A stretch of DNA of 56,733 bases from Candidatus Tayloriibacteriota bacterium (GCA_016188455.1 JACPHR010000021.1:1-56733); one strand, 5' to 3'; numbered from the stretch's first letter, positions 1 through 8,747 are shown. Notes: generated by a model from the letters alone, not told the origin. A program made the numbers and translations.

Positions 1-1029
1 AAACGCACTATTGAGCGTGACCGATATGGAGATATAAAGAAAACTGTGGAAAGAGACGGCAAACGTTATGCCGTAAAGCGAGACGGTAGCGAAGGACCGG
101 AGATTCCAGAAGCGCCCGAATTTCCCTCAGCGCTTAGAAAATGGGCGAGAAACGACATGACCCAGAGAGGCTACGAAATTATGTCTCTTATAAGACCGGA
201 GGCGCTCAAAATTCCAGCTCTTGCCCAAGTCATCCGCTATCCAATGATCTTTCAAAATATCCGTTACAACGAAAATGTTGCGTACCCAATTCGTAACGAC
301 CTGACCATTCGGAAAGATTACAAACTCTGGCGCTTCAGAGAGGACAATAAGCATCATGTACCGCCAAACACTGACATTGAAAGGGCTCGCGCTCTAAAGC
401 TTGCTAGAGAAGCTGCCCAAAAAGCTAGAAATGAGGCAAGAAAAATAGCAGGAAAATCAGCAACTGATATTGAAAACGCGGCCCGGGAAGCTTGGGAAGA
501 GACTATGGTTAACGAACTGCCTAATGACACTTTGAGGATGGCATATCTTAGAGATTGGCAAAATGATCGGGCGGCAAACGAAACACCTCGTGGAGACTTT
601 AGGAATCAAGGTTGGTGGCATCAAATATTGGATAGTAGCTCATATCTGGTTTATGCTCCAAAAGACGCTAGCGATATTGTAAGAGCCCAGGCCAGTATTC
701 TCGCCGCGTACATTAAAGATATTAATGGAGTGGCTGAAATGACCCAGGAAAATAAGGACGCCATAAACATATGGTTTGCCGACCGAAGAGGCAGGCAGAT
801 GCCAACGCCAAAACTTACTGGCGGGGAAGTAGAAGCTCTGGGATATAAAAATGGCATGGTTGAAATTGTTGATGAACACGGAAATAAAAAAGAGGTGTCA
901 CTCCAAGAAGTGCGTGAAAGACTTAGCCGAGTGGTGAAAATCGGAGACAAAATTGCTTTTGCGAGCGACCAAGCGAAGATTGGACTGCCAACGGCTGGCA
1001 TAGAGATTGGATCAGTAATCCCAAAATAA
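1..1029 (+). CDS. hypothetical protein, probably 5'-partial (ORF track lists 46..1029)
   Basis: Frame 1 has no stop from base 1 to the TAA at 1027-1029. The first listed start is GTG at 46, so the gene may begin upstream of the window. No family motif recognised. Confidence 0.4.
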   Translation, partial: KRTIERDRYGDIKKTVERDGKRYAVKRDGSEGPEIPEAPEFPSALRKWARNDMTQRGYEIMSLIRPEALKIPALAQVIRYPMIFQNIRYNENVAYPIRNDLTIRKDYKLWRFREDNKHHVPPNTDIERARALKLAREAAQKARNEARKIAGKSATDIENAAREAWEETMVNELPNDTLRMAYLRDWQNDRAANETPRGDFRNQGWWHQILDSSSYLVYAPKDASDIVRAQASILAAYIKDINGVAEMTQENKDAINIWFADRRGRQMPTPKLTGGEVEALGYKNGMVEIVDEHGNKKEVSLQEVRERLSRVVKIGDKIAFASDQAKIGLPTAGIEIGSVIPK

Positions 1030-1044
1030 TAAATAAGTAGAAAA

Positions 1045-2514
1045 ATGACGAACTATATTGACTATGTATTTAAATTGAAAGACACTCTGCAGCAACTGCC
1101 GCAAGCCGCACTTTTACCGTTCTCGGACGATGAGCCGATAATGGTTATCCGAGATGTTGGCTTAACTCATGAACTCATTATGCATGATGTGGGAGTGCTA
1201 TGCGAGGCAATTCGGCAAGTTATCACCAAAGAAATCGTAGTGGAAAACTTTGAAGAAACTCTGCGAGAGAAATTCTCTGATGATGGGCAGGAAAAATTGG
1301 CGGGCGTAGTCGCAGATATTAACGAGAAAATTTTTGTCAAACTCCTACCGGCCTTAGGCATGAAAGCCCTGCCGATAGTGCCGAAACCTGCGGTTGTTCC
1401 TGCGGCGGCGGAGTCCGCGACGCCGACGCCGCCTCCCCACGAGCCAGTAGTCTTCAAAGGATTCATTGGGCAACCGCGCCAAATCTACCAACAGCCGGTG
1501 AAAACCGCTACGGAGCCGCCAAGGCCGAAACCGCCGATTGTGGAAGTGAGCCATGAAAGAATGTCCGAAAAACCTTTGGATTCCTTTTTGAAAATGCTCT
1601 CGGATAAATTAAGCGAAAGGGAACTGCAGAACCGCTTTGACAAACTGCCTTACACCCTGAAGACCGCTTTGCGCTCCGTGGATTCGGCCAAAAAAGTGGT
1701 GGACATCGGCCGAAAATACGCTCTGCATGTGGACCAGCTCGGCGAACTGGGCGCGGAAACCGGTTTAGTGATTTTGGGCATCAGCCATCCGGCCCAATTC
1801 CTGCCGCGGCTCACAAGAAAGCTCGCCTTAAGCGAGGAAAAAGCCCGGCCAATCGCCCAAGAAATCAACACTGAGATATTTCTTAAAATCCGCGAGGCCC
1901 TAAAACAAATCAATGAGGAACCCGTACAGCCGCTTCAGGGCCTTCGGCCTGCCGCGCCGGCGCAAACAACGGGCGCTTGGCGCCCTTCGCCGCCGCCAGA
2001 ACATCAAGGTTCAACCTTGATGAAACCACGGCCTTCTCTTTCTTCTCCCCGACTTTCAAACTTGCGCACCAGCAACTTTCAAACTTCCGAGGCTTCTGAA
2101 GCCGAGGAGTCCCTTAACCGCGAAGCCATTTTGAAAGGCATTGAAAACCCGGTGCCGACTCCTTCGTCGCAAAACTCCTCAGGATCTCCGGCGAGTACGT
2201 CTCCGACCCGCCTAACAACTAACAACTCTGAACTAAAAACTGCTCCGGTTCCGCCGAATCTGCCGGGAGAAACCGAGGCGCCGCCGTTTACTGCCCAAAC
2301 CGCGCCCCAACCTCAAAAACCCCCCGAAGCCAAGCCCGAATCTCCAGTGCCTCCGTCTTCAGACTCTTCGCAACTTTCTAAACTTGCGGACTTACGCACT
2401 TCTCCAACTACTTCTGATGCAAACATCGTGGACCAGAAGCTTTCCGCCGTTGTCGCCGCCCCGAAATCCGAGAGTCAGTACGCGATGGACCCCTACCGCG
2501 AGCCGCTCGGCTGA
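1045..2514 (+). CDS. hypothetical protein with Pro/Ser/Thr-rich C-terminal half
   Basis: 489-aa ORF starting 15 nt after the previous stop. The N-terminal part looks globular and the C-terminal ~200 aa are low-complexity P/S/T-rich. No family recognised. Confidence 0.45.
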   Translation: MTNYIDYVFKLKDTLQQLPQAALLPFSDDEPIMVIRDVGLTHELIMHDVGVLCEAIRQVITKEIVVENFEETLREKFSDDGQEKLAGVVADINEKIFVKLLPALGMKALPIVPKPAVVPAAAESATPTPPPHEPVVFKGFIGQPRQIYQQPVKTATEPPRPKPPIVEVSHERMSEKPLDSFLKMLSDKLSERELQNRFDKLPYTLKTALRSVDSAKKVVDIGRKYALHVDQLGELGAETGLVILGISHPAQFLPRLTRKLALSEEKARPIAQEINTEIFLKIREALKQINEEPVQPLQGLRPAAPAQTTGAWRPSPPPEHQGSTLMKPRPSLSSPRLSNLRTSNFQTSEASEAEESLNREAILKGIENPVPTPSSQNSSGSPASTSPTRLTTNNSELKTAPVPPNLPGETEAPPFTAQTAPQPQKPPEAKPESPVPPSSDSSQLSKLADLRTSPTTSDANIVDQKLSAVVAAPKSESQYAMDPYREPLG

Positions 2515-2530
2515 AAGCCAGAGCGGCTTC

Positions 2531-2587
2531 GAAATGGAAAGTGGAAAAATTAAAATGGAAAATGACAAATCAAAATTTAAAATTGAA
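2531..2587. repeat. family-C inverted-repeat element, left arm (loaded copy)
   Basis: GAAATGGAAAGTGGAAAAATTAAAATGGAAAATGACAAATCAAAATTTAAAATTGAA. Its reverse complement matches the right arm at 2927-2982 and the arms at 6500-6617 and 47803-47936 (core TGTCATTTTCCAyTTTrAT). Confidence 0.7.
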
Positions 2588-2926
2588 TTCCGAAAACGTT
2601 TATATTCCTGGGTTCTGAAATTGATTAAATTTATAGACAAACTGCCAAGAAATTCCGGCAGTGATGTAATGGGAAAACAATTGTTGAGAAGCGGGACAAG
2701 TGTTCTTGCTAATTACATAGAAGCGGGTTCCGCGAGTTCTAAACGGGATTTTATAAACTTTTTTACTCATTCACTTAAATCAGCAAACGAGTCGGAAATC
2801 TGGCTTAACCTCTTAAGAGATACGAATAATGGCGATAAAATATAATCTGATTTCCTGTTAAGGGAACTGAAAGAAATTAGTAACATAATTGCCTCAAGTA
2901 TTTTGACCATGAAAGAGAAACGATAA
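2534..2926 (+). pseudogene. four-helix-bundle protein (23S rRNA intervening-sequence protein family) interrupted by an in-frame TAA
   Basis: The translation from ATG 2534 (..FRKRLYSWVLKLIKFIDKLP..GKQLLRSGTSVLANYIEAGSASSKRDFINFF..SANESEIWLNLL) resembles the intact paralog at 11620..11994. There is a TAA at 2843-2845, and the same frame continues SDFLLRELKEISNIIASSILTMKEKR to the TAA at 2924-2926, which is the expected C-terminal helix. Confidence 0.6.
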
Positions 2927-2982
2927 TTTTTCATTTTTTCAACTGTCATTTTCCACTTTAATATTTTATTTTTCATTTAAAC
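2927..2982. repeat. family-C inverted-repeat element, right arm (loaded copy)
   Basis: TTTTCATTTTTTCAACTGTCATTTTCCACTTTAATATTTTATTTTTCATTTAA, complementary to 2531-2587. Confidence 0.7.
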
Positions 2983-2985
2983 AAC

Positions 2986-3414
2986 ATGCGCTTCCAAGTC
3001 CCACAATTCATTGAGGTTGAAGACAAGATTTTCGGACCGCTGACGGTCAAGCAATTCATTTACCTGGCCGGCGGCGCCGGGCTCTGCTTTATCATCTATA
3101 CTTATCTGCCCTTCTACCTCGCCATCTTAGCCATTATTCCCGTGGCGACGCTCGCCGTCGCCTTGGCGCTCTACAAAGTCAACAACCGCGCTTTCATTTT
3201 CGTCATTGAAGCGGCTTTCAAATATCTTCTGGCGAACAAGCTTTACATCTGGAAGAAAACGGACAGAAAAATAGAAACCAGAAAAATAGAAAAAGAAGCG
3301 CCGGCAGTTTACGTGCCCAGACTCTCCGACAGCAAGCTCAAAGACTTGACTTGGAGTTTAGACATCAACGACAGCGCCAGCCTAGGAGCATCGGAGACGA
3401 TGCGGAAGGGCTAG
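2986..3414 (+). CDS. PrgI-family small membrane protein (T4SS-associated)
   Basis: The N-terminus MRFQVPQFIEVEDKIFGPLTVKQFIYLAGG followed by two adjacent TM helices is the signature I recall for PrgI-family proteins of Gram-positive conjugation loci. It lies upstream of a VirB4-like ATPase. Confidence 0.6.
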   Translation: MRFQVPQFIEVEDKIFGPLTVKQFIYLAGGAGLCFIIYTYLPFYLAILAIIPVATLAVALALYKVNNRAFIFVIEAAFKYLLANKLYIWKKTDRKIETRKIEKEAPAVYVPRLSDSKLKDLTWSLDINDSASLGASETMRKG

Positions 3415-3416
3415 CG

Positions 3417-3465
3417 CATTCATACCAATATACGAATTATACGAATGCTACAAATAACTACTAAT
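3417..3465. repeat. family-A (ATTAGTA/ATTCGTA-type) inverted-repeat element, left arm (loaded copy)
   Basis: CATTCATACCAATATACGAATTATACGAATGCTACAAATAACTACTAAT. It aligns with the left arms at 4575, 7580 and 46539, and is complementary to 3860-3908. Confidence 0.75.
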
Positions 3466-3846
3466 AAGGGGAAAAAGGTAGAGCTACTATACCCTGAACT
3501 ATCCTATAAGATAACTGGCGTTTGTTTCGCCGTACATAACGCGTTGGGACAATTCGCCCGAGAGAAACAGTATGGCGACTTGCTGGAGAAAAAATTTGCC
3601 GAAGCCGGAATGATATTTCAGAGGGAATTACTCGTTGGAAATATCGGCAACATTCTGGATTTTGTAGTAGAAAATAAAATCATTGTTGAACTTAAAGCGA
3701 AACGGCTGATACTTGCCGAGGATTATCGCCAACTGCAAAATTACCTCCAAGAATCCGGGCTACAACTCGGCTTGCTCATAAATTTCAGAAATAAATATCT
3801 AAAACCCGCACGGGTCGTTAGAATAGAAAAATATGTGGTAAAATAG
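3445..3846 (+). CDS. GxxExxY protein (PD-(D/E)xK-like; family known from 23S rRNA intervening sequences)
   Basis: ELLYPELSYKITGVCFAVHNALGQFAREKQYGDLLEKKF...VVENKIIVELKA...YRQLQNYL..GLQLGLLINF is the typical layout and ExxY core of this ~130-aa family. The first 7 codons lie inside the left repeat arm. Confidence 0.75.
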   Translation: MLQITTNKGKKVELLYPELSYKITGVCFAVHNALGQFAREKQYGDLLEKKFAEAGMIFQRELLVGNIGNILDFVVENKIIVELKAKRLILAEDYRQLQNYLQESGLQLGLLINFRNKYLKPARVVRIEKYVVK

Positions 3847-3859
3847 AAAAGCAATTTCT

Positions 3860-3908
3860 GTATCATTCGCAGTTATTAGTAGTATTAGTATAATTCGTAT
3901 ATTGGTAT
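3860..3908. repeat. family-A inverted-repeat element, right arm (loaded copy)
   Basis: GTATCATTCGCAGTTATTAGTAGTATTAGTATAATTCGTATATTGGTATG. Its last bases supply the ATG of the next ORF (3907). Confidence 0.75.
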
Positions 3909-4554
3909 GGCCAGTCCCACAAAGGCGACGCAGGAGTTCGTGCCGGTCAAAGAAGTCCGCGACGGCATTATCATTCTCAAAGACGGCTCGTTCCGCGCCG
4001 TTCTTATGACATCGTCCTTAAATTTCGCCCTCAAATCGGAGGATAATCAAAACGCCATCATCTTGCAGTTTCAAAACTTCCTCAATTCGCTTGATTTTTC
4101 CATCCAGCTGTTTATTGAATCCAGAAAGCTGGACATCAGGCCGTATCTGGCGCTCCTGGAAGGCCGATACAAAGAACAGGCGACCGACCTGATGAAGGTC
4201 CAGACCAGAGAATACATAGAATTCATTAAAAATTTCACGGAGAACGCGAGCATCATGACCAAAACTTTTTTCGTGGTCGTACCTTACGCGCCGGCGCCGC
4301 TCCAAGCCAAAGGCGGAGTGGTGGAGCTGGCCGGCAAACTGCTAACGCGTAAGGAGGCCGAAGAGAAAGTGGAGAAAAAGCAGGATACCTTTGAAGAAAA
4401 CCGCAGCCAGCTTTTGCAGCGGCTATCGGTGGTGGAGCAAGGCTTGCTGCGCTGCGGCATCAGGGCCGTGGAGCTAGGCACGGAAGAAGTGGTTGAGTTG
4501 TTTTATAAGATTTTCAATCCCGGCGACACCGAGAAGCCCATTCAGATAAATTAG
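3907..4554 (+). CDS. hypothetical protein resembling the N-terminal (non-ATPase) domain of Gram-positive VirB4/ConE proteins
   Basis: ATQEFVPVKEVRDGIIILKDGSFRAVLMTSSLNFALKSEDNQNAIILQFQNFLNSLDFSIQLF resembles the N-terminal region of conjugative VirB4-type ATPases. It has no Walker motifs and lies directly upstream of the ATPase gene. Confidence 0.45.
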   Translation: MASPTKATQEFVPVKEVRDGIIILKDGSFRAVLMTSSLNFALKSEDNQNAIILQFQNFLNSLDFSIQLFIESRKLDIRPYLALLEGRYKEQATDLMKVQTREYIEFIKNFTENASIMTKTFFVVVPYAPAPLQAKGGVVELAGKLLTRKEAEEKVEKKQDTFEENRSQLLQRLSVVEQGLLRCGIRAVELGTEEVVELFYKIFNPGDTEKPIQIN

Positions 4555-4574
4555 TCCCTAATTTATCTGAAGTT

Positions 4575-4682
4575 GATACCAATATACTAATGCATACGAA
4601 TCTACAAATAACTGCGAATGGAACTCACTCTTTTTCACATTAGTAGTTATTCGTAGTATTAGTATAATTAGCAGATTAGTAT
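4575..4682. repeat. family-A inverted-repeat element (empty, ~17-nt loop)
   Basis: Left arm GATACCAATATACTAATGCATACGAATCTACAAATAACTGCGAATG and right arm CATTAGTAGTTATTCGTAGTATTAGTATAATTAGCAGATTAGTAT. It fills the 3907..4554 / 4681..6501 spacer, and the ATG at 4681 lies at the arm end. Confidence 0.75.
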
Positions 4683-6501
4683 GAGTTTTTTAAATAATCT
4701 ATTCGGTAAAAAACAGAAGGCACCGGACATCGCCTCCATTTTACCTCAGGAAATCTACGAGGCCGGCGTGCTGGAGCTCAAAGACGTCATCGCGCCGTCG
4801 GCTTTGAAAGTAACCCCTAGGGCGCTTAACCTCGGCGACAAAATCGTCCGCACCTTTTTCGTCATTTCCTACCCGCGATTTCTTGCCGCCGGCTGGTTCT
4901 CGCCCATTATCAACCTTGATAAGGCCTTTGACATCGCCATCTTCGTCCACCCGATTGACACTGCCACGGTGCTCCGCCAGTTCCAGAAAAAAGTGGCCGA
5001 GGTCCAAAGCCAAATCAGCGGCCGGGAAAAGAAAGGCCTGGTCCGGGACCCGATGCTTGACACCGCTTATCAAGACCTTGAGCGGCTGCGCGACAACTTG
5101 ATGCAAGCGCAGGAGAAGCTCTTTGACGTCGGTCTCTACATTTCAATCTACGGGGACAACGAAACGGAGCTGGACAAGCTTGAATCAGAAATAAAGTCCC
5201 TTCTGGAATCAAAGCTAATCTACCTCAAACCCGCCCTCTTCCAGCAGGAGCAGGGTTTTAGGAGCGTTATGCCTATAGCCCAAGATGAGCTGATGATTCA
5301 TTCCAAACTCAACTCCGCGCCGCTCTCCTCTCTGTTTCCATTTACCTCTTTTGACCTGACCTCCGACAAAGGCATTCTCTACGGCATCAACCGGCACAAC
5401 TCTTCCCTGGTGCTCTTTGACCGTTTCAGTTTGGAAAACTATAACTCAATCGTGTTCGCCAAGAGCGGCGCGGGCAAGAGCTATATGGTTAAGCTTGAGA
5501 TTCTCCGAACACTGATGTTTGACACCGAGGTCATCGTCATTGACCCGGAGAGGGAGTACGAGTACATGGCCGAAGCCACCGGCGGCAAATACTTTACCAT
5601 TTCGCTCAACTCGCCCCACCACATCAACCCTTTTGACCTCCCCATACCTCGGGAAGACGAATCCAGCACGGACGTCTTGCGCTCCAATACCATAAATCTC
5701 GTCGGCCTCTTCAGAATTATGTTGGGCGGGCTGACCCCGGAAGAGGACGCTTTGATTGACCGCGCCATCAGCGAAACTTACGCTCTCAAAGACATCACGC
5801 CGGACTCTGATTTCAAAAACGTGGAGCCACCGCTGCTATCGGACTTTGAGCTGGTGCTCGCCGGCATGGAAGGCGGGGACTCGCTGGTCCAGCGCTTGAG
5901 CAAGTACACCCGAGGCACTTGGGCCGGCTTCATCAACAGGCCGTCAAACATAGATATTGATAGCAAATTCATCGTCTTCTCGCTCCGCGACATGGAAGAC
6001 GAACTCAAACCGGTGGCCATGTACATCGTGATGCACCACATTTGGACTGCCATCAGGAAAAACCTAAAGAAGCGGCTTATGGTTATTGACGAAGCCTGGT
6101 GGATGATGAAATCCGACGACACGGCCTCGTTTTTGCTCAGCTTGGCCAAGCGGGGACGCAAATATTACTTGGGTCTCGCCACTATCACCCAGGACGTGGA
6201 CGACTTCCTGAAATCCTCCTACGGCTTGCCCATCATCACCAACTCCTCCATTCAGATGCTTTTGAAGCAGTCGCCATCATCCATTGACCGGGTGCAAAAA
6301 GTCTTCAACCTCACCGACGAAGAAAAATACCTTTTGCTGGAGTCGGATGTCGGCGAAGGCATCTTTTTCGTCGGTCTGAAGCATGTGGCCATTAAAGTCA
6401 TCGCCTCATACACCGAAGACCAGATTATCACTTCCGACCCGTCGCAACTCTTGGCCATCAAAGAGGCGAAGAAAGACCTAGAGACATCGCAGGGGAATTG
6501 A
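4681..6501 (+). CDS. virB4: VirB4/TraC/ConE-like type IV secretion ATPase
   Basis: Walker A AKSGAGKSYMVK, Walker B-like RLMVIDEAWWMM and a long N-terminal VirB4-type domain (YPRFLAAGWFSPIINLDKAFDIAIFVHP). 606 aa. Confidence 0.8.
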   Translation: MSFLNNLFGKKQKAPDIASILPQEIYEAGVLELKDVIAPSALKVTPRALNLGDKIVRTFFVISYPRFLAAGWFSPIINLDKAFDIAIFVHPIDTATVLRQFQKKVAEVQSQISGREKKGLVRDPMLDTAYQDLERLRDNLMQAQEKLFDVGLYISIYGDNETELDKLESEIKSLLESKLIYLKPALFQQEQGFRSVMPIAQDELMIHSKLNSAPLSSLFPFTSFDLTSDKGILYGINRHNSSLVLFDRFSLENYNSIVFAKSGAGKSYMVKLEILRTLMFDTEVIVIDPEREYEYMAEATGGKYFTISLNSPHHINPFDLPIPREDESSTDVLRSNTINLVGLFRIMLGGLTPEEDALIDRAISETYALKDITPDSDFKNVEPPLLSDFELVLAGMEGGDSLVQRLSKYTRGTWAGFINRPSNIDIDSKFIVFSLRDMEDELKPVAMYIVMHHIWTAIRKNLKKRLMVIDEAWWMMKSDDTASFLLSLAKRGRKYYLGLATITQDVDDFLKSSYGLPIITNSSIQMLLKQSPSSIDRVQKVFNLTDEEKYLLLESDVGEGIFFVGLKHVAIKVIASYTEDQIITSDPSQLLAIKEAKKDLETSQGN

Positions 6502-6617
6502 AAATTAAAATATTAAAAATCAAAGTGACAATGAAAAGTTAAAAATTACTAATTCCTCGTATCCAGAAGTTTTTAATTTTAATCTGTCATTTTCCATTTT
6601 GATATTTCATTTTTCAT
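6500..6617. repeat. family-C inverted-repeat element (empty)
   Basis: Left arm GAAAATTAAAATATTAAAAATCAAAGTGACAATGAAAAGTTAAAAATT and right arm GTTTTTAATTTTAATCTGTCATTTTCCATTTTGATATTTCATTTTTCAT. It fills the virB4 / 6630 spacer. Confidence 0.75.
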
Positions 6618-6629
6618 ATTCACCTAGTT

Positions 6630-7574
6630 ATGGCACAAAAACTTTGGTCTGAAAACAAAGAGAAAAAGAAAGATGGACCAGACATCTCCAACACCGAGTG
6701 GGGTATGGTAATCTCGCTTCTTTTTATAGTTGACGGCATTCAAATCGGTCTTGACCTCTTGTTTCAAATAGGCGTTATTGTCAACCGCTTTATTGATGTC
6801 GTGGTGGGGTTCGCCTGGCCGACTTACCTCTACTTGCGCGGCGTGAACTTGAAAAGCGTGAAGGTGGTCGGTAGTATACTGCTGACTTTTTTCCTTGAGG
6901 AAATCCCCGATGTGGACGCTTTGCCGCTTTGGGGCGCCGACGGGCTCTTCGTGCTTTCTGTCACCAAAGCGGAAGAAAAAATTAAAGAGGAAACGGGGGT
7001 TGATGTTGAAAAAGCCGCGGCGCTTGCCGGAGGAGGGGGCACGGTGGAAAGTGAGGGGGGCGGTTTGGCCGCGGGCGAAGCGGCGGAAGCAGGCGGCGCG
7101 GCGGCCGAGGGGACGGCAGGGGCAAGAGGGGAAGCTGAAACTTTGGCAGAGGGTGAAGGGGTTGGAGCGGCTGAAGGAGGGGAAAGGGGCGGAGTGGAAG
7201 CCGAAGGGCCTCCTGGAGCGGCTGAAGGAGAAGGTGAAGAGGAAGAACAAAAAGAGGGAACGCAAGAACAAGCAAGAGAGAAAAAAGAAAAGGAGGGTGA
7301 GGAAACGCCGGAAGAAAAAAAGAAAAAAGAAGGAGAGGAAAAGGCTAAAGGGGAAGACAAGAAAAGACCTCGAGCTCGCGAGGAAGGTTTTGGTTTCGGC
7401 GGAGGTCAAGGGAGGAGGGAAGGCGCGGCGGGAGCGGGTTCCGACCCTCTCAATTTGCGAGGGGGGCCAGACGAAAGGCGAAAATCTGAAAAAGAGTCCG
7501 AGCGCTTGCACAGCAACCTTTTGGACCTGTCGCTCTCCTACGGCGAACGGAAGAAGCGGCAGGAAGAGGAGTAG
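6630..7574 (+). CDS. membrane protein with long Gly/Ala/Glu/Lys-rich disordered tail
   Basis: The N-terminal ~110 aa contain 3-4 hydrophobic helices. The remainder is GA-rich low complexity (GEAAEAGGAAAEG.., EEKKKKEGEEK). Operon context supports this frame; the other open frames here are artefacts of the purine-rich tract. Confidence 0.5.
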   Translation: MAQKLWSENKEKKKDGPDISNTEWGMVISLLFIVDGIQIGLDLLFQIGVIVNRFIDVVVGFAWPTYLYLRGVNLKSVKVVGSILLTFFLEEIPDVDALPLWGADGLFVLSVTKAEEKIKEETGVDVEKAAALAGGGGTVESEGGGLAAGEAAEAGGAAAEGTAGARGEAETLAEGEGVGAAEGGERGGVEAEGPPGAAEGEGEEEEQKEGTQEQAREKKEKEGEETPEEKKKKEGEEKAKGEDKKRPRAREEGFGFGGGQGRREGAAGAGSDPLNLRGGPDERRKSEKESERLHSNLLDLSLSYGERKKRQEEE

Positions 7575-7579
7575 ATAAA

Positions 7580-7690
7580 CATACCAATATACTAATGCAT
7601 ACAAATCTACGAATGGCTACTAATGTTACAACTGAGAGTCTGATTCGTAGTTATTAGTAGTATTAGTATAATTCGTATATTGGTATTGGT
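7580..7690. repeat. family-A inverted-repeat element (empty)
   Basis: Left arm CATACCAATATACTAATGCATACAAATCTACGAATGGCTACTAATG and right arm GATTCGTAGTTATTAGTAGTATTAGTATAATTCGTATATTGGTATTGGT. Confidence 0.75.
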
Positions 7691-7715
7691 GCCTGCCAAG
7701 TGATAAAATAGAACC

Positions 7716-8747
7716 GTGATGAAATACTTCTTTATTGCACTTTTGCTAATATCCGCCACATTAGTACCGAATGGTGTCTATGGACAGGCCTTCCAAAGCC
7801 TCGGCGGCGAGGCAAGTAATGTGACTGTGCGCACCGAACCGCCAGCGCCCGGGCCAAACCAGTTTGTCAGCGCCATTATTGAAAGTTACGCCACGGACCT
7901 CAACCGCGCCGACATTGCTTGGTTCCTCAACAACAAGTTGGAAAAGGAAGCCGTCGGCGCAAAAACCTTTCTGTTCAAAACCGGCAGAGCCGGCAGCGTC
8001 TCAAATATTTTGATTGTCATAAAAACGGCCGAAGGCGAAACTCTCCAGCAAGTTCTCAACATCCGGCCCGCGTCGCTTGACCTCGTCTGGGAGGCCCAGT
8101 CCTACACGCCGCCTTTCTACCGCGGCAAAGCCCTTTACCCCTATCAAGGAACGGTCAAGCTCGTGGCCATGCCGAATATCGTAACTGAAACCGGCGCGAC
8201 CGTAAGCGCTAAAAATCTTGTTTATACCTGGTCAGTGGATGGCGATGTTGTCACCAGACTTTCAGGCTACGGTAAGAATTTCATATTTTTTAACGGCTCT
8301 ATACCGCTCGGCCCCGCGACCATTGAAGTGGAAGCGGCGTCACTTGACAAAAAATACAAAGCCACGGGCTCGGTGACACTCAGCCCGCAGGGCTCGGAAG
8401 TTTTGGTTTATGAGGACAATCCGCTCTACGGCGTGCTTTACAATAAAGCGCTCGGGGGCAATGTCACGCTCCAAAACGAGGAGATTAAACTAGCCGGCAT
8501 CCCTTATTTCATCGGGGTGAAGGAGCGGGAGAACGCCGGTCTCGCTTACGAATGGCGGCTGAACAACGAGCTGGTCAGCGGCGGGGCCAAAAGCAGTCTG
8601 GCCTTCAAACAGAGCGGCGGCGCGGGCGGCACAGCCTTGGTCTCGCTTCAAATTTCCAATCCGGCTAAAATTTTCCAATTTGCCAACGTCAGTCTTTCCT
8701 TGTCCTTCGGCCAAAAATCAGCCCCCAACTTATTTGGAGCGCCATGA
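7716..8747 (+). CDS. secreted hypothetical protein
   Basis: Signal-peptide-like N-terminus MKYFFIALLLISATLVPNGVYGQA. Its stop overlaps the next start (ATGA at 8744-8747), indicating translational coupling with the pilin-like gene. Confidence 0.5.
   Translation: MMKYFFIALLLISATLVPNGVYGQAFQSLGGEASNVTVRTEPPAPGPNQFVSAIIESYATDLNRADIAWFLNNKLEKEAVGAKTFLFKTGRAGSVSNILIVIKTAEGETLQQVLNIRPASLDLVWEAQSYTPPFYRGKALYPYQGTVKLVAMPNIVTETGATVSAKNLVYTWSVDGDVVTRLSGYGKNFIFFNGSIPLGPATIEVEAASLDKKYKATGSVTLSPQGSEVLVYEDNPLYGVLYNKALGGNVTLQNEEIKLAGIPYFIGVKERENAGLAYEWRLNNELVSGGAKSSLAFKQSGGAGGTALVSLQISNPAKIFQFANVSLSLSFGQKSAPNLFGAP

Noticed and set aside
2384-2533. N-terminal 50 codons of ORF 2384..2845
   Set aside because: This part overlaps the 3' end of ORF 1045..2514 in another frame and has no similarity to the four-helix family. 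The start was reassigned to ATG 2534.
6624-7604. Long minus-strand ORFs (6624..7604, 6830..7360, 6982..7275) and the alternative plus-frame ORF 6895..7578
   Set aside because: They are artefacts of the stop-free GA-rich tract. Their products are monotonous low-complexity sequence (poly-F/L/S or K/R), and operon context supports only 6630..7574.
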